Below, in pieces: positions 1 to 9,802 of a stretch of 64,000 nt of DNA. Under the pieces are notes generated by a model. It did no database searches. It saw only the letters and a program-made list of their open reading frames with translations, and had not been told where the DNA came from. The first letter of the stretch is position 1; every line of letters begins with the position of its first letter. The stretch is taken from contig OZ245777.1 in assembly GCA_965227775.1 (NCBI GenBank), positions 1,056,001 to 1,120,000 on the forward strand. The letters run 5' to 3'. The position numbers were made by a program, and so were the translations under genes. This DNA is from Phycisphaerales bacterium (GTDB lineage: Bacteria > Planctomycetota > Phycisphaerae > Phycisphaerales > UBA1924).

Positions 1-1368
1 AGTGCGCGTGAAGAGGATCGTGCCGAGCGATTGGCGCGGTTGCTCAAGCGTGCGCGCTCGCTGCCTGTGGTGCCGGGCGTGTACCTGATGAAGGACGCGA
101 AGGACGTGGTGGTGTACGTCGGCAAGGCGCGCAAGCTGCCCGATCGTGTGGCGAGTTACTTCGTGCCCAGCGCTGACCTGGGGCCGGCCAAGGCCCCGAT
201 GCTCGATGTCGTGCAGGACTTCGAGTTCATCGAGTGCGAGACCGAGTTCGAGGCGCTGCTCACCGAGAATCGGCTCATCAAGGACATCCGCCCGCGGTTC
301 AACGTCCGGCTGACCGATGACAAGACGTTTCCGTACCTGGTCATCACCCAGCGCGAGGACTTCCCTCGTGTATTTGTGACGCGTAACCCCGCGGGTGTGC
401 GGCCTGACGGTACCACGCCCGAGTACATGAAGGGGGCGAAGGTATTCGGGCCGTTCGTCAACGCAGGTGCGCTTCGCGAGGCGGTGCAGGTGGCCCAGCG
501 GGTATTCAAGTTCCGCGATTGCAAGCTGGACATCGTGGATGGTGATCCGAAGAACAAGTACTTCAGGCCTTGCCTGCTCTACAGCATTGGCCAGTGCACC
601 GCCCCATGTGCGGACAAGGTGACGCTGACCGCATACGGCGAGCAGGTTGATCGCTTCGTGCGATTTATGGGCAGCAAGCGCAGCAAGATGCTCATCGAGC
701 TGCGGCGGGAGATGGAGGAGGCGAGCAAGGCGCTCGAGTTTGAGCGGGCGGCCGAGCTGCGCGACCAGATCGCGGCGATCGAGAAGCTGGAGGAACGCTC
801 GAGCAAGCGCGACGGCTGGCAGCCCGAGACCGAGATCGGCTACGTCGAGCCCGAGAAGGGGATGCGCAGCCTGCAGAAGACTCTGGGGCTCGACGAGCCG
901 CCGCGTGTGGTCGAGGGTTTCGATATCGCGCACCTGGGTGGCAACGAGACGGTGGCCAGCAAGGTCTGCTTCGTGGACGGGCGGCCTTTCAAGAGCGAGT
1001 ACCGGCGGTTCAAGATCAAGGGCACGGGCAACGACGACTATGCGTCGATCCGTGAGGTGATCTCGCGTCGATACCGCGAGGCGGGCGCGGGGCATGAGCT
1101 GTATCCGGATGTCATCCTGATCGACGGTGGGCTGGGTCAGCTGCATGCCGCGATGGAAGCGCTGCGCGAGATGGACGTGCCGGCGCCGATGGTGATCTCG
1201 CTGGCCAAGAAGGAAGAGCTCATCCACGTGCAGGAGCGTGAGGCGCCGATCCGGCTGGGGCGGGAAAATTTCGGATTACGCTTGTGCCAGCAGGTGCGCG
1301 ACGAGGCCCACCGGTTTGCGCGGCACTATCACCACATCTTGCGGCGCAAGAAGGTCGTCGGGGAATAG
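1..1368 (+). CDS. uvrC: Excinuclease ABC subunit C, short form (frame open from window start, so probably 5'-partial)
   Basis: GIY-YIG motif (PGVYLMKD...YVGKA), Cys cluster, UVR coil (ALEFERAAELRDQI), RNase H-like motifs (FDIAHL, NDDY, LIDGGLGQL, QVRDEAHRFA). Confidence 0.95.
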   Translation, partial: SAREEDRAERLARLLKRARSLPVVPGVYLMKDAKDVVVYVGKARKLPDRVASYFVPSADLGPAKAPMLDVVQDFEFIECETEFEALLTENRLIKDIRPRFNVRLTDDKTFPYLVITQREDFPRVFVTRNPAGVRPDGTTPEYMKGAKVFGPFVNAGALREAVQVAQRVFKFRDCKLDIVDGDPKNKYFRPCLLYSIGQCTAPCADKVTLTAYGEQVDRFVRFMGSKRSKMLIELRREMEEASKALEFERAAELRDQIAAIEKLEERSSKRDGWQPETEIGYVEPEKGMRSLQKTLGLDEPPRVVEGFDIAHLGGNETVASKVCFVDGRPFKSEYRRFKIKGTGNDDYASIREVISRRYREAGAGHELYPDVILIDGGLGQLHAAMEALREMDVPAPMVISLAKKEELIHVQEREAPIRLGRENFGLRLCQQVRDEAHRFARHYHHILRRKKVVGE

Positions 1369-1397
1369 GCTGTCGGTCGATGGCTGGAGGGATTGCG

Positions 1398-2330
1398 ATG
1401 GGCAACGATACATCGGTATGGCCTGAGGTCTCGTATGGCTCGTGGGCGGAGACCGCCAAGGCGATGCACCTGTATACGCAGGTGGTCGGCAAGGTTCGGC
1501 TCGAACTGACGCCCTGGACGAACCACTCGTGGCACGTGCCGCTCTACGTCGATGCGCGCGGGCTGACGACGTCGATCATCTCCAAGGGTACGAGCGCGTT
1601 CGAGATGCGCTTCGACTTTGTTGAACATGTTCTGGTGATCGAGGCGGTTGAGGGCGGTTCGCGGCGTATCGACCTTGGCCCGGGAACGGTCGCGCGCTTC
1701 TATCGCTCCGTCATGGATGCGCTCGATGGAACGGGCCTCGGTGTCGAGATCCATACGACGCCCAGCGAGATCGCAGACGCGACGCCTTTCGAACTCGATA
1801 CTGAAGACCGCCCGTACGACGCGGACGCGGTCGAGCGGTTCTGGCGGACACTCGTGCAGATGGATCGCGTCTTCAAGCGTTTTCGCGCGGGGTTCATCGG
1901 CAAGTGCAGCCCGGTGCACTTCTTCTGGGGTAGCTTCGATCTCGCGGTCACACGATTCTCGGGGCGGACGGCGCCGCCGCACCCCGGGGGCGTGCCGAAC
2001 TTTCCCGACTGGGTCGCGCGCGAGGCTTACTCGCACGAGGTCAGCAGTGCCGGGTTCTGGCCGGGCAACGACGACGCGGACGCGCTCTTTTACTCCTACG
2101 CGTATCCGAAGCCGGATGGATTCGAGAAGGCTGCCGTGCAGCCCGATGCGGCGACGTGGTTCGATGAGCTCGGCGAGTTCGTGTTGCCCTACGCCGCGGT
2201 TCGAGAGTCAGCCGACCCGGATGCTGCACTCATGGCGTTCCTTGAGAGCACGTACGTTGCGGCGGCCGACCTTGCCAAGTGGGATCGTGACGGGCTCGAA
2301 CGCACGCTGCCCGACGATGCACGAGGCTGA
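1398..2330 (+). CDS. DUF5996-family protein
   Basis: NHSWHVPLYV, SPVHFFWGSFDLAVTRFSGR, EAYSHEVSSAGFWPG motifs; GGAGG upstream of ATG 1398. Confidence 0.8.
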   Translation: MGNDTSVWPEVSYGSWAETAKAMHLYTQVVGKVRLELTPWTNHSWHVPLYVDARGLTTSIISKGTSAFEMRFDFVEHVLVIEAVEGGSRRIDLGPGTVARFYRSVMDALDGTGLGVEIHTTPSEIADATPFELDTEDRPYDADAVERFWRTLVQMDRVFKRFRAGFIGKCSPVHFFWGSFDLAVTRFSGRTAPPHPGGVPNFPDWVAREAYSHEVSSAGFWPGNDDADALFYSYAYPKPDGFEKAAVQPDAATWFDELGEFVLPYAAVRESADPDAALMAFLESTYVAAADLAKWDRDGLERTLPDDARG

Positions 2331-2352
2331 AGGCAGCTTCTGGGGAGAACAC

Positions 2353-2841
2353 ATGGATCAACCACGCGAAGTGCGGATCGTGCGGGCAGATGAGAAACTC
2401 GGCGAGGGCCACGCCGGCGGCACACGCGCGGGGATTGCCGTGAGTTCTGGGATGACCGGTGGCTCGCACGGCGTCATCGTCGGCGATACGCCCGTTGGAG
2501 GCGGTCCACCGTTCCATGTGCATCACACGTTCGATGAGACCTTCTTCGTGCTCGAGGGAGCATTCCGCTTCTTCACAAGTGACGCAACCATCGATGCGGG
2601 TGCGGGCGACGTGCTCTTCGTGCCTGGCGAGGTGGCGCACGGGTTCCGGTGCACGGCTGCGGGCGAGCGCGGCGTCGGTCGGACGGCGATCGTGGTCACG
2701 CCCGGCAGGTTCATGGGCTTCTTCGAGGCGATGGAGAGCCTCGCGAAGAGCGGAAAGCTCACGCACGATGCGTTGAGTGAGCTTGGCGAGCACTGGGGCG
2801 TTGCGTTTCTCGATGCGCCCGCATCGATGAAGCACGACTGA
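2353..2841 (+). CDS. Cupin-domain protein
   Basis: PPFHVHHTFDETFFVLEG and GDVLFVPGEVAHGF cupin motifs; GGAG upstream. Confidence 0.85.
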   Translation: MDQPREVRIVRADEKLGEGHAGGTRAGIAVSSGMTGGSHGVIVGDTPVGGGPPFHVHHTFDETFFVLEGAFRFFTSDATIDAGAGDVLFVPGEVAHGFRCTAAGERGVGRTAIVVTPGRFMGFFEAMESLAKSGKLTHDALSELGEHWGVAFLDAPASMKHD

Positions 2842-2856
2842 CGGAGCGCGTTCTGC

Positions 2857-5691
2857 TTACGCCGACTTGGCGTGCTCCTTGGGCACCGGGCGCTCGTGCG
2901 TGCTCACTGCATCGGGCGGCATCTCGTCGAGGATGAGTTGCGAGATTGTGGGCGCGTTCTCGAGGGGCTTGCCCTTGGCGTCGGTGAGCGGTGTGCCGTC
3001 GAGGCGGGTAATCACGGGCGTGGGATTGGCGCGCTCGTGGGCCTCGAGCTGCTTCTCGAGTTCGGCCTTCTTCTTGTCCTCGATGTCGGCCCACTTGCCG
3101 CGACCGCGACACTTGGGGAATCGCGAGCAGCCCAGCCAAGGGCCACGCAGGCCGTTGCGCAAGTTGAGCGGCGACTCGCAGATCGGACACGGCAGGTCGG
3201 TCTCCAAGGGCGGCATCGAGGGGGCGACGACGTGTCCCTTCTTGTCGATGTTCAGGATCAGGCCGTCCTCGGGGCTCTCGCCCTCGGCCAGGTCCGTTGC
3301 GATGAACGGTCCGAAGCGACCTGTGCGGTGCACCATCGGCCGGCCCGTGCGCGGGCAGCGGACATCGACGTACTCGATGGGGCGCGGGCGGCCGAGGTTG
3401 TCGACCGGGCACGCGTAGTTGCAATCGGGGTAGTTCGAACAGCTCAGGAAGCGGCCGTTCTTGCCGAAGCGGTAGACGAGCTCGGCGCCGTCGCGCGGGC
3501 ACAGGTAGTCGCTGGGCTGCACCTCGGCCTTGGCGTGCTGCAGGTTCTCGAGCGCGTGCTCGAGGTTCTCCTTGAACGGTCCGTAGAACCGCTCGAGCAT
3601 ATCGATCCAGTCGAGGTGCTCGTCCTCGATCTTATCGAGATCGGCCTCCATCTCGCGCGTGTAGCCCAGGTCCATGATGCGCGGGAATGCTTCGATGAGC
3701 TTGTCGGTGACGACTTCGCCCAGGTCGGTCGCATAGAAGCGCCGCTCGCGCTGCTCGACGTACTTTCGGTCCTGGATTGTCTGAACGATGCTGGCGTACG
3801 TGCTGGGCCGGCCGATGCCCTCGCTCTCGAGTGTCTTGATGAGGCTCGCCTCGGTGTAGCGGGCGGGCGGGCTGGTGAAGCGCTGGCGGGGATCGACGCC
3901 GAAGGCGTGCAGCGCGTCTTGCTCCTTGATCGTCGGCAGCGTCGCTTCATCGCTCGCGGTGGGCACTCCGGCGACCTTGTAGAACCCGTCGAACACGAGC
4001 ACGCGGCCGGTGGCCTTGAACGTCAAGGTGTCACTCTTGCCGCCATCGATGAGGATGGTCGTCGCGTCCCACTGCGCGTGGCTCATCTGGCAGGCGACGA
4101 AGCGCTGCCAGATGATCTCGTACAGCCGGGCCTGGTCGGGCTTGAGGCTCTTGCGAACGCGGTCGGGCGTGTAAGCGACGTTGGTCGGGCGGATGGCCTC
4201 GTGGGCTTCTTGGGCGCTCTTGTTGCTGCTGCCGAAGAAATTGGGCTTCTCGGGCAGGTAGTCGTCGCCGTAGGTCTTCTTGATGTGCTCGCGCGCCATG
4301 TTGAGCGCTTCGCCGGCGATGTGCGTGCTGTCTGTACGCATGTAGGTGATGAGGCCGACGGGCCCCTCGCCAGGAATGTTGACGCCCTCGTACAGGCCCT
4401 GCGCGGCGCTCATGGTGCGGCGGGCGCCGAAGCCAAGGCGCGTGCTTGCCGCCTGCTGGAGCGTCGAGGTGATGAACGGAGGCGGCGGGCGGCTCGTGGT
4501 GCGCTTGGTCTCGATCGAGCGCACGCTCCACGGCATGCTCGGGTCGGGCGCGCCGGTGATGGTGCGCAGCCAGCGTGCGGGGCCGCGGCCCGTCTCGTCC
4601 TCGGTCACGTGCGTCTTGACGTCGGTCAGTCCCGCCTGCTCGAGCATCTTCACCACGCTGGGCGTGATGTCGCAGGCGTCGGCCTTGCGGAACTTCTCGT
4701 CGCTGACGGCGGCCTCGGCGTCGTCGTCGAGCTTGCCTTTCTGCAGGATCTCGAACTTCTCGCCGTTGACCTCAACGAGCTCGGCACGCAGCCCGTCGTT
4801 CTTGGCGAGCCACGCGTTCTGGGCCTTGATGCTGGGCGGGTTGCCCTTCTCGTCGCGCTCGGCCAGCAGCTTGGCCCACTGGGGCGCGAGGGAGCGGGCG
4901 GCGTCTTGCGTGCCGGCGAAGCTGGCGGTGATGCTCCAGCTCTCGTCGGGAACGAACACGCGGATCTCGCGCTCGCGTTCGACGACGAGTCGCACCGCGA
5001 CGCTCTGCACGCGGCCGGCGCTTAGGCCTCGCGTGACCTTCTTCCACAGCAGCGGCGAGACCTGGTAGCCAACGATGCGATCGAGGATGCGGCGTGCCTG
5101 CTGGGCGTTGACCTTGTCGACGTCGATCGGGTGGGGGTTATTGAAGGCCTTGGCGATCTCGGCCTTCGTAATCGCGGCGAAGACCACGCGCTTGGCGGCC
5201 TCGGCATCGATGCCGATCTCTTGCGCGAGGTGCCACGCGATCGCCTCGCCCTCGCGGTCGAGGTCGGTCGCGAACCAGACGCTGCCGCCCTCGCTGGTCG
5301 CGTCGGTCGCGGCCCGCTTGAGCTCGCGCATCACGGCTTCCTTGCCACTCAGCACGCGGTAGGTGGGGGTGAAGCGTTTCTCGATGTTGACGCCGGGCAC
5401 GGGGCTCTTGTCGCCCTTGTCGGCCTTCTCGGGCAGGTCTCGCACGTGGCCGACCGAGGCGAGCACGACGTAGTCGTCGCCCAGGTACTTATTGATGGTC
5501 TTGGCCTTGCTGGGGCTCTCGACGATGACCAGGTCCTTGCCTTTGGCCTGACCGGCCTTGTAGCCCGTGCCTCGGCTCACGCGACCACGCGCACCACCTC
5601 CGGCCCGGCTGGCGGTCTTCTTTGAGACCTTCTTGCCGACCTTCTTCGAGGTCTTCTTGGTCGTCTTCTTCTTTGTAGTCTTCTTGGCCAT
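2857..5691 (-). CDS. topA: DNA topoisomerase I (type IA) with Lys-rich N-terminal tail and C-terminal Zn ribbons
   Basis: LVIVESPSKAKTI, ATDLDREGEAI, SAGRVQS, LITYMRTDS (catalytic Tyr), AHEAIRPT, GIGRPSTYA. Confidence 0.97.
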   Translation of the reverse strand: MAKKTTKKKTTKKTSKKVGKKVSKKTASRAGGGARGRVSRGTGYKAGQAKGKDLVIVESPSKAKTINKYLGDDYVVLASVGHVRDLPEKADKGDKSPVPGVNIEKRFTPTYRVLSGKEAVMRELKRAATDATSEGGSVWFATDLDREGEAIAWHLAQEIGIDAEAAKRVVFAAITKAEIAKAFNNPHPIDVDKVNAQQARRILDRIVGYQVSPLLWKKVTRGLSAGRVQSVAVRLVVEREREIRVFVPDESWSITASFAGTQDAARSLAPQWAKLLAERDEKGNPPSIKAQNAWLAKNDGLRAELVEVNGEKFEILQKGKLDDDAEAAVSDEKFRKADACDITPSVVKMLEQAGLTDVKTHVTEDETGRGPARWLRTITGAPDPSMPWSVRSIETKRTTSRPPPPFITSTLQQAASTRLGFGARRTMSAAQGLYEGVNIPGEGPVGLITYMRTDSTHIAGEALNMAREHIKKTYGDDYLPEKPNFFGSSNKSAQEAHEAIRPTNVAYTPDRVRKSLKPDQARLYEIIWQRFVACQMSHAQWDATTILIDGGKSDTLTFKATGRVLVFDGFYKVAGVPTASDEATLPTIKEQDALHAFGVDPRQRFTSPPARYTEASLIKTLESEGIGRPSTYASIVQTIQDRKYVEQRERRFYATDLGEVVTDKLIEAFPRIMDLGYTREMEADLDKIEDEHLDWIDMLERFYGPFKENLEHALENLQHAKAEVQPSDYLCPRDGAELVYRFGKNGRFLSCSNYPDCNYACPVDNLGRPRPIEYVDVRCPRTGRPMVHRTGRFGPFIATDLAEGESPEDGLILNIDKKGHVVAPSMPPLETDLPCPICESPLNLRNGLRGPWLGCSRFPKCRGRGKWADIEDKKKAELEKQLEAHERANPTPVITRLDGTPLTDAKGKPLENAPTISQLILDEMPPDAVSTHERPVPKEHAKSA

Positions 5692-5898
5692 TCCTACTTC
5701 GATTCGAGGGAAATGGGTAGTTTCCCCAGGGATGAGACGGTCGCTGGACACGGAAGGAGCCCGCGGCGGCGTTGTCAAGCGCCAGGCCGCGAACCCGTCT
5801 TTCCGAGACCTTCCATCGGCCCACAACCGAGCCGGACCCCTCCGATATTCGTTAGCCGGGCGCGGATTCGTTGTTGGCAGCCTGTTGGCAGATGGTGG

Positions 5899-6879
5899 CT
5901 ATCGCGATGCAAAGCACTTATGGACAACAGTTTGCGCGAGATCGTAAACGTCCTTGCCATCGGGATGGATCGGCAGCCGCTCCGGTGTCTCGCCCGGCCC
6001 GGCGGCGAGCCGGCGCAGCCACGTGCGCTGGTTCTTGGCGAATCGGCGCGTCTCGATCTTCGTCCGCTCGATGGCCTCTTTGAGGGAAAGTCCGGATTGA
6101 TCGGACGCCTGCAAGGCACCGGCAATCTGCTTGGTTCCGAGCGCCTGGGCGGCCTGGGGGCCGAGGGCGCCGGCGTCCAGCAGCCGCCGGGTCTCGTCGA
6201 CGAGGCCGGCCTCGACCATCGCCTTCACCCTCGCGTTGATGCGGCTGTTGATGGCGTCGGTCTCCCAGTGAAGGGTGATCAGGAGCAGGCGTTCGGCGAG
6301 CGGGTTCGTGTTGCTATCCCACTGGCCCTGGTGATCGCTGATGGGGGTGCCGGTGAGTCGGTGGACCTCCAGGGCCCGGATGGTCCGTCGCTCGTCGGCG
6401 GGGTGGATGCGCTCGGCGGCCCGCGGGTCGACGCGCTCGAGCTCGGTCCGGCGCTCTGTTGCCGGCATGGCGCGGAGTTGTGCTCGCAGCGCTTCGTCGG
6501 CGGGCGGTCCTTCGAACAGCCCGTCGATAAGCGCCTTGACGTAGAGATGCGTGCCGCCGGCGATGATGGGCCATCCGCCCTCGGCTTCGATCTCGTCGAT
6601 CTTCTGCGTTGCGAGTTCCAGCCACTGTGCGACTGTGAACGGTTCCGTTGGCTCGACGACGTCGATCAGGTGGTGCGGCACGCCCTGGCGTTCGTCCATG
6701 GATGGCTTGGCGCTGGCGATGTCCAGGCCGCGATACACCTGGAACGCGTCGGCGGAGATGACCGCCGCGCGAGGGGTCAGCCCCTCCGCCTCGGCGCGCT
6801 TGGCGCACACGATCGCCAGGCTCGTCTTGCCGCCGGCGGTCGGGCCGGCGATGACGGGGATGAGGGGGTTCTTCGTCAC
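5899..6879 (-). CDS. miaA: tRNA dimethylallyltransferase
   Basis: IAGPTAGGKT P-loop, ISADAFQVYRGLDIASAKP, PHHLID, GGTHLY, TRRFAKNQRTW; GTG start 6879 inferred. Confidence 0.95.
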   Translation of the reverse strand: MTKNPLIPVIAGPTAGGKTSLAIVCAKRAEAEGLTPRAAVISADAFQVYRGLDIASAKPSMDERQGVPHHLIDVVEPTEPFTVAQWLELATQKIDEIEAEGGWPIIAGGTHLYVKALIDGLFEGPPADEALRAQLRAMPATERRTELERVDPRAAERIHPADERRTIRALEVHRLTGTPISDHQGQWDSNTNPLAERLLLITLHWETDAINSRINARVKAMVEAGLVDETRRLLDAGALGPQAAQALGTKQIAGALQASDQSGLSLKEAIERTKIETRRFAKNQRTWLRRLAAGPGETPERLPIHPDGKDVYDLAQTVVHKCFASR

Positions 6880-6960
6880 CAAGTAAACATAGAGGATGTG
6901 TACCACAGAGGCACAGACGACACAGGGTCGGACCGAGGGAGGGGCGGGCTACCGTCCAAC

Positions 6961-7650
6961 ATGGCCAGAGCGCGGCATCGCATCCTGACCGGGCGGATGG
7001 TGGTGGCGGCGCTGCTGGTGGGGGTGGTGCTGGCGGTGGGGAGCGTGCCGGTGGCGGCGTGGCTCGTAGACTTGCACCCGCATTCGTCGCCCACCCTCAC
7101 TCTGTCCGAGTTTTTCGATCGTGGGGATCACCTTATCGTGGTCCAACGCGATGATTACCCCACGGGGACGATGTGGTACGGTGCGAGCGGCCCGAAGAAG
7201 TCGTCTTCGCCCGAGCTTCGTTTCGCGCATGATCCTGCATCACGTCCGACCGGTTCTGACTCGCGTCCCAGCAAGATTCGCACGGCATTGGATGGCGAGG
7301 TACGGAGCATCACTTGGTTTCGCGTTGGTTGGCCATTTGAAGCGGCACACTGTTTTGAACGCACTGGTCCAGGGTCACCGAGTTCGGTAATCGCAGGCGC
7401 GTGGGAACCGGTGATTGGTGGTCTGGTTCGCACGATCCCTTATTTTCCATTGTGGCCCGGCCTGCTGGCCAACACCCTCTTCTACGCCGCGATCGCGTTG
7501 GCGCCGATGGTGCTGCTGCGCTGGCGGCGCACGCGGCGGCGGCGGGCGCGGGGGTTGTGCGCGGCGTGCGGGTATGAGCTAGGGGAGGGGGTCTCGGTGT
7601 GCCCGGAGTGTGGGCTTGCGACCACACAAACACAACCTGTCTCGAATTAA
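6961..7650 (+). CDS. Two-TM membrane protein with Arg-rich linker and C-terminal Zn ribbon
   Basis: N-terminal hydrophobic helix; PLWPGLLANTLFYA helix; RRRRARGLCAACGY...CPECG. Confidence 0.7.
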   Translation: MARARHRILTGRMVVAALLVGVVLAVGSVPVAAWLVDLHPHSSPTLTLSEFFDRGDHLIVVQRDDYPTGTMWYGASGPKKSSSPELRFAHDPASRPTGSDSRPSKIRTALDGEVRSITWFRVGWPFEAAHCFERTGPGSPSSVIAGAWEPVIGGLVRTIPYFPLWPGLLANTLFYAAIALAPMVLLRWRRTRRRRARGLCAACGYELGEGVSVCPECGLATTQTQPVSN

Positions 7651-8750
7651 CTCGGAAACCGCAACTCTCGCCCGAAGAAGTCCAGCTTCATCGCCGCCTT
7701 CGCTTGTGCGAGTGTGTCTTCGGCTACCGCGTTGGCCTTGGCCGCGTGCTCGCGGAGGATCTCGAGGACGATCTTGTCGCCCGCCTCGCCCGCGAGCTCG
7801 GCTCGCTTGTCGCGGATGGGAGCGAGCAGCTCGTCGATGGCCTGGGCGACCTCGACCTTGATGTGGCCGTCGCCGATGTTGTCGCCAGCGGCGTACTTGG
7901 TTTCGAGTTCCTTGACCCTGTTCTCGTCGCGGATGAAGGCGCGGACGTATTCAAAGAGCGCATTATCGACGTCGCCCGGCTCGTCCATCGTCTGGCGGCC
8001 GGTGTAGAGCTGGCCCATCTTCTTCTTGATCTGCTTGAAGGTGTCGGTGAGGAAGATGGCGTTGTTGAGGCTCTTGCTCATCTTCTGCTTGCCGTCGGTG
8101 CCGACCAGGCGGCCGATGCGGCCAACCTTGGCCTCGGGGATGGGGAACACGCCGCCGAGGGATTCGTGCTCGTGGTCCTCGGCGTGCGGGTCGACGCCGC
8201 AGTAGACCTGGTTGAAGCGGCGCGCGGCCTCGCGGCACATCTCGATGTGGGCGACCTGGTCCTCGCCCACGGGCACGAGTTGCGGCCGGAACGCAAGGAT
8301 GTCGGCGCACTGGCCGACGGCATACATCGGGAAGCCGAAGCTGTACGTATCGCCCAGGTCTTTATCTTTGATCTCGGTCTTGAGCGTTGGGTTCTTCATC
8401 ACGCGGTTGAAGGGCAGGAGCATCGCGAAGAACCACGTGAGCTCGGCGATGGCCGGCGTCTCGGTTTGCAGCACGAACGTGCTGCGGTTCGGGTCCATGC
8501 CGACGGCCAGCCAGTCCTTGACGATCTCCAGCGTGCTCTCGCGGATGCCTTCGGGCTTGTCGGCCCGCGTGGTGTACGCGTGCATGTTGGCGATGAGGAA
8601 GAAGCAGTCGTACTCGTCCTGTAGCGCGACGCGGCTCTCGAGGCTGCCCACGAGGTGGCCCAGGTGGAGCTGGCCGGTGGGGGTGTCGCCGGTGAGGATT
8701 CTCGGCTTGGTGGTGGGCTTGGTGGTCGGGTTCGAGCTTGACTTGGACAT
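7647..8750 (-). CDS. trpS: Tryptophan--tRNA ligase
   Basis: TGDTPTGQLHLGH, VPVGEDQ, KMSKS. Confidence 0.97.
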   Translation of the reverse strand: MSKSSSNPTTKPTTKPRILTGDTPTGQLHLGHLVGSLESRVALQDEYDCFFLIANMHAYTTRADKPEGIRESTLEIVKDWLAVGMDPNRSTFVLQTETPAIAELTWFFAMLLPFNRVMKNPTLKTEIKDKDLGDTYSFGFPMYAVGQCADILAFRPQLVPVGEDQVAHIEMCREAARRFNQVYCGVDPHAEDHEHESLGGVFPIPEAKVGRIGRLVGTDGKQKMSKSLNNAIFLTDTFKQIKKKMGQLYTGRQTMDEPGDVDNALFEYVRAFIRDENRVKELETKYAAGDNIGDGHIKVEVAQAIDELLAPIRDKRAELAGEAGDKIVLEILREHAAKANAVAEDTLAQAKAAMKLDFFGRELRFPS

Positions 8751-8843
8751 GGGGCAGCAGGGTAGGGGGCGCGTGCGGCGGCCTTCTCGAATTCTTCATC
8801 GTGATCGCTGTCGCCCTCGTTACAATGCCCTGGGAGGTGGAGC

Positions 8844-9719
8844 ATGCGGTGGTGGACGATCGCCTTTGGTACTTTGGCGGCCTTGGCCGTTCGGGCTGCG
8901 GCACAGGATCGCGAGATTAGCCGCGTCGTTGAGGTCGAGGCGTTATCGCTCGTGTTCGATGACCCGGTGCGCGATCGCGACTCGGCGTCGTCGATGGCGG
9001 TTGGTGCATTCGACGAGACCGCGTCGGCCACGGCAGCCATCCCGCCCTTCGCGTCGAATCGATCGCGTGCCGAGCAGGCGAGCGTGTACGAGCCCAACCC
9101 TGACGGCGACGTGATCGAGGCGTCGGGTGCTGCTGTGGCGCAGCTGTTCATACAGGGTTTCGGCGATGCCTATGCCACGAGCTGGTATCGCCTTGAGTTT
9201 GTGGCCGCCGGCCCTGCGATGCTTCTCATTGAGGACTTCGAGCTGTTGGTCGACCGCGCATTCGATGGCGACGTGTCGCGCGATCGGCCCGGTGACGCGG
9301 GGGCTTCGATCCGCCTGGTTAACACCGACACATTCGAGGTCGAATTCGAGATCGAGGCGGTCCTTGATGACATCGGTACGCGTCTGCTGCTGCGTCCTGT
9401 GGCGCCGATCGAGATCGATCTCGATCCCGGAACGTACGAGCTGTGCGTCGCGGCGACTGCGACCGATCGGACCGATGGCTTCGAGGAAGTCAGCGATAGC
9501 CTCGCCGCGGCGAGCTATTTCTTTGAGGCCACGCTCGTTGAAGCCGGGGCGTGCGCTGCCGATCTGGATGGTGATGGCGTCCTGACGGTCTTCGACTTCC
9601 TGGCGTTCCAGAACCTCTTCGACGCTGGTGACCTTGCTGCCGACTTTGACAGCGATGGTTCGCTCACGCTGTTCGATTTTCTGGCCTTCCAGAACGCGTT
9701 CGACGCCGGTTGCCCTTAG
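8844..9719 (+). CDS. Secreted protein with C-terminal GC-type dockerin-like module
   Basis: Signal peptide; C-terminal CAADLDGDGVLTVFDFLAFQNLFDAG..ADFDSDGSLTLFDFLAFQNAFDAGCP. Confidence 0.85.
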   Translation: MRWWTIAFGTLAALAVRAAAQDREISRVVEVEALSLVFDDPVRDRDSASSMAVGAFDETASATAAIPPFASNRSRAEQASVYEPNPDGDVIEASGAAVAQLFIQGFGDAYATSWYRLEFVAAGPAMLLIEDFELLVDRAFDGDVSRDRPGDAGASIRLVNTDTFEVEFEIEAVLDDIGTRLLLRPVAPIEIDLDPGTYELCVAATATDRTDGFEEVSDSLAAASYFFEATLVEAGACAADLDGDGVLTVFDFLAFQNLFDAGDLAADFDSDGSLTLFDFLAFQNAFDAGCP

Positions 9720-9745
9720 GGCTCGGCTCGTTCGGTGACGCAAGA

Positions 9746-9770
9746 GAAAACCGCCCTGCGGGCGGCTATT
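9746..9770. terminator. Probable bidirectional terminator between convergent genes
   Basis: AAAA-CCGCCC-tgc-GGGCGG-ctatt hairpin. Confidence 0.5.
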
Positions 9771-9802
9771 GGCCATTTGGATTGCTGTGGTCGTGTGGGC
9801 GT

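Noticed and set aside
6902..6927. Short ACAGAG/ACAGAC-type repeat (accacagaggcacagacgacacaggg)
   Set aside because: Only three degenerate units and no complementary partner found; too weak to call
5713..6960. Long N-terminal extension of the 5713..7650 ORF
   Set aside because: Antisense shadow of miaA; ATG 6961 has its own -10-like hexamer and TM helix
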